From Fidelibacterota bacterium (GTDB lineage: Bacteria > Fidelibacterota > Marinisomatia > Marinisomatales > TCS56): 13,484 nucleotides of DNA. Shown here one piece after another: positions 1 through 6,018 of this stretch; position 1 is the stretch's first letter, and the number at the start of each line of letters is the position of its first letter. The stretch lies in contig JBDRBK010000151.1 of the NCBI GenBank assembly GCA_043822705.1, positions 1 through 13,484 on the forward strand, in the 5' to 3' direction. The position numbers were made by a program, and so were the translations under genes. The notes below the pieces were generated by a model, which was given only the letters and a program-made list of their open reading frames with translations, was not told the DNA's origin and did not search any database.

Positions 1-2
1 AA

Positions 3-1670
3 TTATTTCAAATAAATCATTTTCCCATTGTACCGTTCCGATTCCGTGTCGATCTGGTAGAGATAAACACCAGAGCCGACGGGAATGCCCAACTGATCGG
101 TCGCGTCCCATACTACCGATCGCAGGCCGGCGGGAACAGGACCGGCCTCCAGTACTTTAATCTCCTGCCCCAACAGATTAAGAACAACTACCTTGACCCT
201 GGCAGCTTCAGCCAGCTGATACTCGATCTTGGTCAACGGATTGAATGGGTTGGGATAATTCCGTCCGATTAGTATTGATTTTGGTAAAACATCCGTTTGA
301 ACATTGATATAGGCCGGATCATAATCCAACACCACAATCGGGTGACTTTCTGCTCCCGCCTCACCACTCACCGATGAAGATGAAGTGTACAATACCTCCA
401 ATTCTCCATCTCCATCGATATCGGCGATGTTTACCACCGTCCAATACCCGCCGCTGGAAACGATACCGGTGTCGATCACCGAGAATTCGTAGCTGGCCGG
501 ATCGCTGATTTCTCCACCACGATAAGCCAGCCGGAAAATCATGGCGTTGGGCGGACCTGAATAGCGGCTGCCGAACACTAAATCGAGATAGCCATCCTGA
601 TCAATATCCCCCTGAGCGCCTCCACCCAAAAAGCCACCATTTAAAAGCTCCTCAGTGTTGATATCGACCAGCGCAGTCCGTTTCAGTGTGTCACCGTCTT
701 CCTGCAGCAACCAGATATGCCGCGTCGTGTCACCGTAGGTCAATTCGCCGGTAATCATCTCCTGTATACCATCCTCATCGAGATCAACCACTTCCACCGA
801 ATTGAAGGAAATACCGCCCGGCAGCGGCGCCAAAGTCGAGTAAACATAGTCGCTCCCATCCCAGGCGACCTTGCTGATTTCAAATTCATCGAAAAAATAC
901 ATATTACTACCCACTACGGCGACGTCCCATTTGTTGTCGATCTTGTCCGACAATGTATGGTCAAGTCCGCAGGTTTCCATAGTCCAGGTCTCAAAACCGC
1001 TGCCATCGTCAGGGATATCATCGACGGAAATGACGCCAAAATAATAACCACCGTTATTACCTTTGCGGTCGGCAAAAATCAACTCTACGGTACCATCATT
1101 GTCAACATCGGCGGCAGCGGCGCTGGCCGGCCGGATTTCCAGGTTATCAGTATCGGTAATCGTCCACATGGCGTTGGGATAATAGCCCCCGAATCCATCG
1201 CTGACACCCAATACATCGCTTCCATCACCAGCTTCTTCATAAACGACCACCCGGAATGGATTGGGACTGGTGGTTGTTGTAAAATTAACGATCAGCCAGG
1301 TCAGTTCATCCTTGCCGTCGGAATCAAGATCGGTGATCAGCAGCGGCGGCCAGGTATTCTGGGCTTCCACGGGAGCTATGGATTGCCAAACCACCTGCCA
1401 GGCGTTGTCGACCAGCTCCAGCTTATAGATCCGCGGTATCTTCTCACTTTCCGCATCGGCCCAGTTATCGTTGACCAGGTAAATTTCAGTTCTACCATCG
1501 CCATCCAAATCGACTCCGCTGATCAGATTACCAACGCCACCAACGTTCAATTCGGGCTCGGGGATGGCAATCAGGTCACTGCGTTCGAATCCCGCCAGGG
1601 CCAGGATCCTGACCGGCATGGCGACGATAAACAATACAACCAACACAGTAATGGAAATTTTTCTAATCAT
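3..1670 (-). CDS. Secreted FG-GAP/VCBS repeat (integrin-like beta-propeller) protein with C-terminal FlgD-Ig/T9SS type A-like sorting domain, 555 aa
   Basis: Signal peptide MIRKISITVLVVLFIVAMPVRILA. Six DxDxDG Ca-binding motifs (DLDGDG, DLDSDG, DVDNDG, DLDEDG, DIDQDG, DIDGDG). C-terminal NYPNPFNPLTKIEY...WDATDQLGIPVGSGVYLY...KMIYLK at about 3-287. RBS AAGGGAG 7 nt before ATG. Confidence 0.9.
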   Translation of the reverse strand: MIRKISITVLVVLFIVAMPVRILALAGFERSDLIAIPEPELNVGGVGNLISGVDLDGDGRTEIYLVNDNWADAESEKIPRIYKLELVDNAWQVVWQSIAPVEAQNTWPPLLITDLDSDGKDELTWLIVNFTTTTSPNPFRVVVYEEAGDGSDVLGVSDGFGGYYPNAMWTITDTDNLEIRPASAAAADVDNDGTVELIFADRKGNNGGYYFGVISVDDIPDDGSGFETWTMETCGLDHTLSDKIDNKWDVAVVGSNMYFFDEFEISKVAWDGSDYVYSTLAPLPGGISFNSVEVVDLDEDGIQEMITGELTYGDTTRHIWLLQEDGDTLKRTALVDINTEELLNGGFLGGGAQGDIDQDGYLDLVFGSRYSGPPNAMIFRLAYRGGEISDPASYEFSVIDTGIVSSGGYWTVVNIADIDGDGELEVLYTSSSSVSGEAGAESHPIVVLDYDPAYINVQTDVLPKSILIGRNYPNPFNPLTKIEYQLAEAARVKVVVLNLLGQEIKVLEAGPVPAGLRSVVWDATDQLGIPVGSGVYLYQIDTESERYNGKMIYLK

Positions 1671-1677
1671 TGCAATT

Positions 1678-1684
1678 CTCCCTT
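1678..1684 (-). promoter_or_regulatory. Shine-Dalgarno site for the FG-GAP gene
   Basis: Minus strand AAGGGAG-AATTGCA-ATG (ATG at 1670). Confidence 0.75.
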
Positions 1685-1844
1685 AATTGAATCAGTCGGA
1701 ATCGGAACTTCAGCGGTATTTCTGGCAGTTTTATTCTGCTGAAGAACCACCCCGAAGTTAAAAACAAACCGGCTTTTGAAATGCACTTTAATGTATCTGT
1801 AGTAAAGTCGATTTAGTGACCGGAATATTTTATATAGTATCAGG

Positions 1845-2537
1845 TCAGATATGAAATACGGAGTCGATATATACTGCTACTGTTTCCGATAACAGATCGG
1901 AATTAATGTAATCCTTTAAATATATTTTGGTTAAATCGCCGGATTGCAAGGTATCGCCACAGGCCAGTTCCCGTTCTTCGATTTCACGACCGCTTTTGGA
2001 AAATACGACCCGTTTAAAATGCAGCTGCACCGGAAAAGCATTCGGATTCTCAATCTGCAGGCTGTGCCGGACCGAATTCAAACCGGTCAGTTGCGGCATG
2101 TGATCGATAATCTTCAGGAGCTGTATGCGTTTATCCGACCGCAATTTAATATCCTGGTCGGGACCGATCCGAAATGAATCCCGAAAAGTATGGATTTGCG
2201 AGCCGCCGGCGACAATCCAGCGGAAGTTATTCCGCTCGGTATCGGTCAATGCCTCCAAACGGTAGATGGTATTCGGCTGCGGTAATTTGACTTTTTTAAC
2301 TACCCGGCCTTCCCGATTACTGATCCGGCCATCAAAACCGATGAAGACCGTGGCCGGTGCATATTCATTGTAGCGAAAATCGATTGCCTGGGAGATCAGC
2401 AGGGTTTTCACCGCGTCTTCCTGCACAATAGCTCCCTGCTTGGCACAGGCGATCAGTAGAACGAGCACAACTGGTGCCACCGACGTTTTGAGGCAATTTT
2501 TAAATAGGATGGTAATTACTTTGCTTATCCTGCGCAT
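1845..2537 (-). CDS. Hypothetical lipoprotein, 230 aa
   Basis: RBS GAGGAG 6 nt before ATG. Basic N-terminus, hydrophobic stretch and lipobox (PVVLVLLIA-C31). Fills the gap between co-oriented genes. No family recognised. Confidence 0.75.
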   Translation of the reverse strand: MRRISKVITILFKNCLKTSVAPVVLVLLIACAKQGAIVQEDAVKTLLISQAIDFRYNEYAPATVFIGFDGRISNREGRVVKKVKLPQPNTIYRLEALTDTERNNFRWIVAGGSQIHTFRDSFRIGPDQDIKLRSDKRIQLLKIIDHMPQLTGLNSVRHSLQIENPNAFPVQLHFKRVVFSKSGREIEERELACGDTLQSGDLTKIYLKDYINSDLLSETVAVYIDSVFHI

Positions 2538-2543
2538 GAGTGG

Positions 2544-2549
2544 CTCCTC
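2544..2549 (-). promoter_or_regulatory. Shine-Dalgarno site for the hypothetical lipoprotein
   Basis: Minus strand GAGGAG-CCACTC-ATG (ATG at 2537). Confidence 0.75.
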
Positions 2550-2646
2550 GTTATCAAGAAATTGGCCTGATCGAGTTCTAATTCAATGGATTTTGTGTCG
2601 TGAATCTGATGCTCCCGAGCATGAATATCCAGATGATTTTTACCGA

Positions 2647-3558
2647 TCATACCAGCAATAGAATCACGCCACCCACAGCCACGACCGCTCCCAGAAAAGC
2701 GCGCAGCGACACGTGTTCCCGGCCGATCACAATTACCGACGGAATCAGGAAAATCGGTACCAGGGCGGTGATGGTGGTGGCGACGCCGGCGGTTGTGTAA
2801 TGCAGGGCCAGCAGCGACAGGGATACACCGAGGAACGGTCCCACAAATGCACCCGCCGTCATGAAGCCCAGTGCGGCTTTGTTGGCTACCGCCGCTGCCA
2901 CCTTGCCCCAAGACCCCCGGATTGTGACGATGACCATAAAACCGATGATACCGCTGATGATCCTGATCTGGGTGGCTGCAAACGGTTCGATAAAATGATC
3001 GCCGATCCACATACCGTATTTACTCAAAATATAGCCCACCGCCTGACCGACGGTGCCCAGGAAGGCATACAGCACACCGGTAAAGGTAATCACCCGGACC
3101 TTCCGCCGCCGACCATTGCCCTGCCCCGAGCGTTCCAGGATCACCCAGGCTACGCCGGAAAGAGTGACCGCCATGGCCAGCCATTGCAGCGGAGTATAAA
3201 CCTCACCGAGGAATATCAATCCCAAGATGGCGGAGATCGGCGCGGTCAGCGTCATCACCAGCATTGATAGGCGCGGGCCGATTTCCACGAAGGCTTGGAA
3301 CAGGAACAAATCGCCCAGAGCGAAACCGATGAATCCGGAAAGCCCCAGCCACACCCAGGCGTGAACCGGAAAATCCAGCGGAATCAGGCTGCCACGGACG
3401 AACAGGGATACGATACAGAAAAAAACCAGCGCCAGCACTAGGCGCAACAGGTTGACGGCCATGGAGCCGGCCCGTAACCCCGCCGCTTCGAACAACTGGG
3501 AACCGAAAGTCCAGCACAGGGCCGTTCCCAAGGCAGCCAGTTCACCTGCATAGTGCAT
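2647..3558 (-). CDS. DMT superfamily / EamA-like transporter, 303 aa
   Basis: About 10 hydrophobic segments in two homologous halves. Motifs GELAALGTALCW, LSGFIGFALGD, IFLGEV and IGREHVS...GAVVAVGGVILLL. ATG overlaps the HAD stop codon (TGATG at 3560-3556). Confidence 0.92.
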   Translation of the reverse strand: MHYAGELAALGTALCWTFGSQLFEAAGLRAGSMAVNLLRLVLALVFFCIVSLFVRGSLIPLDFPVHAWVWLGLSGFIGFALGDLFLFQAFVEIGPRLSMLVMTLTAPISAILGLIFLGEVYTPLQWLAMAVTLSGVAWVILERSGQGNGRRRKVRVITFTGVLYAFLGTVGQAVGYILSKYGMWIGDHFIEPFAATQIRIISGIIGFMVIVTIRGSWGKVAAAVANKAALGFMTAGAFVGPFLGVSLSLLALHYTTAGVATTITALVPIFLIPSVIVIGREHVSLRAFLGAVVAVGGVILLLV

Positions 3559-4313
3559 CAGTCCAGCCCAGTTCCAGTCAATTCAGCGATTACCGTTGTT
3601 AATTCAGCCAGGGGACCAGTATGATCCGGGGGCGGAAAATCAAGCTGGCCTTTTTCCGCCAGAGCGCGACTGAGCTCAATCGAAAGGTTGCCGCTGTCGA
3701 TGGTCAGGTAGGTCCGCAGGCCCAACCGCGAAGCGATCATATCGTTGAGGGCGTCGTTGCCGACCATCAGGCAATTTTCCGGCGGGACCTGAATCTTGGT
3801 ACAGATTTCCCGGTAATATTCCAGATTTGGTTTGCAGTAGCTGCTGTTGTCGACGGCGGTAATCAGGTCGAAAGAAAAACCGTCCAACCCGGCCCACTGC
3901 AATTTCTGTTGCTGGACCGACATCGGCAGCATTGGGTTGGTGGCGATGACGATTTTCAACCCCCTGTCCCGGATATAATCAAAAATCGCACGGGTGCCGG
4001 ACAGCGGCTGCATCAATTCTCGAAAATGATGAAATTCACCAGTATAGTATTTATCAAAACGTTGCAGCAGTTCGTCAACCGGAAGGTTTAACCCGTCAGA
4101 AAAAGCCTGCATGAACAGCTCCAGGTTGGTCTGCGACCCGTCATTTTGAACCATGATATGAGTCGAGCGCAACATCCGGTCTGCAAACTCGGCCACGGGA
4201 ATCACTCCGGCGAAATGGCGGTAAAGCGCGCCGGAATACTGACGGAAAAATGTATTTTCGTCATAAAGAATCAGGGTGTTGTCCAAGTCAAAAAGGACGG
4301 CTTTTAACGTCAT
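3558..4313 (-). CDS. HAD superfamily hydrolase (subfamily IA-like), about 251 aa
   Basis: Motif I FDLDNTL, motif II IATNP, motif III YCKP, motif IV MVGND-ALND. Start placed at ATG 4313 (MTLKAVLFDLD) because motif I normally lies a few residues from the N-terminus. The ORF-track start at 4364 is a TTG in AT-rich intergenic-looking DNA. Confidence 0.9.
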   Translation of the reverse strand: MTLKAVLFDLDNTLILYDENTFFRQYSGALYRHFAGVIPVAEFADRMLRSTHIMVQNDGSQTNLELFMQAFSDGLNLPVDELLQRFDKYYTGEFHHFRELMQPLSGTRAIFDYIRDRGLKIVIATNPMLPMSVQQQKLQWAGLDGFSFDLITAVDNSSYCKPNLEYYREICTKIQVPPENCLMVGNDALNDMIASRLGLRTYLTIDSGNLSIELSRALAEKGQLDFPPPDHTGPLAELTTVIAELTGTGLD

Positions 4314-4396
4314 GAATTGCGGCTCAGCAGTTTTTGGGTTTAATTTGAAATAATGCGATATCAATCGATTCTTGTTCTAATTCCTTGCCGGCAAAT

Positions 4397-4432
4397 TTAA
4401 AGGTGTTATCTAAACGGATAACACCGCTTTAA
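4397..4432 (-). terminator. Inverted repeat; possible intrinsic terminator or operator
   Basis: Perfect 9-bp stem GGTGTTATC (4402-4410)/GATAACACC (4417-4425) with 6-nt loop, extendable by TTAAA/TTTAA. Followed on the minus strand by TTTAAATTT, a weak U-tract. Confidence 0.5.
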
Positions 4433-4483
4433 TGACCATTTGAAATAATTACCAGTGTCAACGGAGTCCTGGCTTTAACATAT

Positions 4484-4676
4484 TTATAATTTTTCCAGTC
4501 TGCGGGCTTTAGTTACGGTTTCTACTGCAACGTAGGCTGTGAGCTTTAATGGCCGATGCGGTTTTATAGCTAAGCTCTTGCCCTGTTCGTGTTCCAATAT
4601 TCTGCGTTTCAAATTAAAAGTTGATCCAATATAGATAGCCCTTTTCTTTATTTTCCAGACAATAAACATAATACAT
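4484..4676 (-). pseudogene. Short stand-alone GIY-YIG nuclease gene, frameshifted and probably C-terminally truncated
   Basis: RBS AGGAGGAG (4687-4680) then ATG 4676 gives MYYVYCLENKEKGYLY (typical YYVY start), which runs into a stop at 4616-4614. The other frame carries YIGSTFNLKRRILEHEQGKS...RPLKLTAYVAVETVTKARRLEKL* (YIG, RR..EH, AR..E motifs). Restoring 2 nt in CTATATT (4634-4628) joins them as GYLYIGST. Confidence 0.85.
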
Positions 4677-4729
4677 ATTCTCCTCCTGCTGGAATTAATA
4701 TCCTGCAATAATATTTACGATCAGCAAGT

Positions 4730-4764
4730 CAACCGAAGACCCCGGTTCATCGGGGCGCAGGTTG
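4730..4764. repeat. Nested imperfect palindrome (REP-like) overlapping the tRNA CCA end
   Basis: Minus strand CAACC-TGCG-CCCCG-ATGAAC-CGGGG-TCTTC-GGTTG. Inner stem 4740-4744/4751-4755, outer stem 4730-4734/4760-4764. No U-tract follows. Confidence 0.55.
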
Positions 4765-4853
4765 GCGGAGAGGGAGGGATTTGAACCCCCGATACCCAAA
4801 GGGTATGCCGCATTTCGAGTGCGGTGCATTCAGCCGTGCTCTGCCACCTCTCC
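4763..4853 (-). tRNA. tRNA-Ser(CGA), 91 nt, CCA encoded
   Basis: Acceptor GGAGAGG/CCTCTCC, discriminator G, CCA. Anticodon arm CCGCA-CTCGAAA-TGCGG (CGA at 4817-4815). Long variable arm ATACCC-TTT-GGGTAT. T-arm GGGGG-TTCAAAT-CCCTC. Confidence 0.98.
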
Positions 4854-4896
4854 AAATTTCAAACCGGTCGCCACCGGCACCAAACAGGAGTTGAAA

Positions 4897-5352
4897 TTAC
4901 GGCTTGCGCCGGGACAGGAAAAAGTCCTGAATTAGCCCCAGGCAGGGTTTTTCCAGGATACCACCTTTCACTGCTGTTTTATTACCGAAGCGGGGATCGC
5001 CGCACAGTTGGTACAACGATCCGCAACAGCCCTTCTCTTCATCGTAGCAACCGAAGACCACCATTTTAAGCCGGGCGTTAATAATCGCCCCGGCGCACAT
5101 CGGGCAGGGTTCCTTGGTGACGTACAGGGTAGCGCCAATCAGGCGCCAGTCGGTCAGGGTATTGGCGGCGGCGGTGATCGCCAGGATTTCGGCATGGGCG
5201 GTGGGATCATTCAAACCTTCGGTCTGATTATAGCCACGGCCGATGACAGTCCCTTTTTTAACGATGACGGCGCCGATCGGCACCTCGCCGGCCGCATAGG
5301 CCCGGCGGGCCTGGATCAGGGCCTGATCCATCCAGCGTTCGTGGTCGATCAT
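4897..5352 (-). CDS. tadA: tRNA-specific adenosine(34) deaminase TadA, 151 aa
   Basis: GEVPIGAVIV, GYN, DPTAHAE (Zn ligand His and catalytic Glu), LYVTKEPCPMCAGAIINAR (PCxxC), C-terminal helix LIQDFF..RR. Typical TadA length. Confidence 0.9.
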   Translation of the reverse strand: MIDHERWMDQALIQARRAYAAGEVPIGAVIVKKGTVIGRGYNQTEGLNDPTAHAEILAITAAANTLTDWRLIGATLYVTKEPCPMCAGAIINARLKMVVFGCYDEEKGCCGSLYQLCGDPRFGNKTAVKGGILEKPCLGLIQDFFLSRRKP

Positions 5353-5361
5353 CGGTGGCGG

Positions 5362-6018
5362 TCAGGGCGCGAGAACTTCGCGCAATTCTTCGATCTTTTC
5401 CGCCAGCGCCTGCCGGCCCAGCACTGTGGTGGTATCGACGGAGAAGGTATCGGTGGCGGCAACGGCCAGCAATATCGCCTGAATATGACTGTTAGTAAGA
5501 TTGAAACGACCCAAATTGTAATTGGCGGTGGCCAGGGCCAGGCGCAGATCCAGGTGGTTCAGATCGGCATCATGACTGAACGTCCAACTGGCAGTCGGGA
5601 ACCGGGTAATATCGGTCAGATCATCCAGCAGGGAATCGCCGTAAACAACCGCCTGTTGATCCTCACCGGCGGCCTGGTGGGCGAAGGTCAGTCCGGCCCA
5701 GATTTCGTGCCGGATGGTGGCCGTAACATCCTTGGGCTGCGGGCAGGCCAGTCCCAGGGAAAAATAATAGGTACTGCTGTCGAACTCCGCCAGTTGACCC
5801 AGCGACCAGCCCAGGCCGTTGTAGCCATCCTGATACACCGAATCGACCACGACCGCCTCCCGGAACCAGGTGTAGCTCTCCAGGTAGGCGCCCTTTTCAT
5901 ATTGTTCCCAGGCGTAGTCGGACAATTCTAGTTCGCTGGCTTCGAAAGTTTCCCGGCAGCCGCCGCCGAAGGCAGCCAAAATCAGAATGCCAATTGCGAT
6001 TAAAAATAGGTTCTTCAT
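5362..6018 (-). CDS. Tetratricopeptide-repeat putative lipoprotein, 218 aa
   Basis: Signal MKNLFLIAIGILILAAFGGG-C21. TPR-like helix pairs (AWEQYEKGAYLESYTWFREAV; DGYNGLGWSLGQLAEFDSSTYYFSLGL; EIWAGLTFAHQAAG; LALATANYNLGRF). ATG overlaps the upstream stop (ATGA, 6018-6015). Confidence 0.85.
   Translation of the reverse strand: MKNLFLIAIGILILAAFGGGCRETFEASELELSDYAWEQYEKGAYLESYTWFREAVVVDSVYQDGYNGLGWSLGQLAEFDSSTYYFSLGLACPQPKDVTATIRHEIWAGLTFAHQAAGEDQQAVVYGDSLLDDLTDITRFPTASWTFSHDADLNHLDLRLALATANYNLGRFNLTNSHIQAILLAVAATDTFSVDTTTVLGRQALAEKIEELREVLAP

Noticed and set aside
1..13. AATTATTTCAAAT, an inverted match to 4438-4450, as possible terminal inverted repeats of a 4.4-kb element
   Set aside because: It is the last codons and stop of the FG-GAP gene, very AT-rich, at the window edge, and no transposase lies between. 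Probably chance.
717..1742. 341-aa plus-strand ORF
   Set aside because: Antisense shadow of the well-supported FG-GAP gene, with no recognisable motifs.
1944..4091. Small ORFs overlapping the lipoprotein, EamA and HAD genes
   Set aside because: Wholly or largely overlap better-supported genes and show no motifs.
4430..4461. Perfect TTGACA (minus, 4461-4456) as a sigma70 promoter
   Set aside because: No acceptable -10 hexamer at 16-18 nt spacing (TGGTCA at 17).
4343..4466. TTATTTCAAAT (minus strand, two copies) resembling the XerD arm of a dif site
   Set aside because: Two mismatches to TTATGTTAAAT, and neither copy has a plausible XerC arm 6 nt upstream.
4677..4708. ORF-track start of the GIY-YIG ORF (TTG 4708)
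   Set aside because: It reads through the real RBS. The family-typical N-terminus begins at ATG 4676 in another frame.
4314..4762. Integrase-type genomic island or prophage at tRNA-Ser
   Set aside because: No integrase and no duplicated tRNA 3' end (att) found in the window.
4763..4853. Selenocysteine or suppressor tRNA, given the 91-nt length and long variable arm
   Set aside because: Anticodon is CGA with a standard 7-bp acceptor and 5-bp T stem: an ordinary tRNA-Ser.
4824..5069. 81-aa plus-strand ORF
   Set aside because: Antisense to the tRNA-Ser and tadA.
5008..5931. 307-aa plus-strand ORF
   Set aside because: Antisense to tadA and the TPR gene, with no domain signal.
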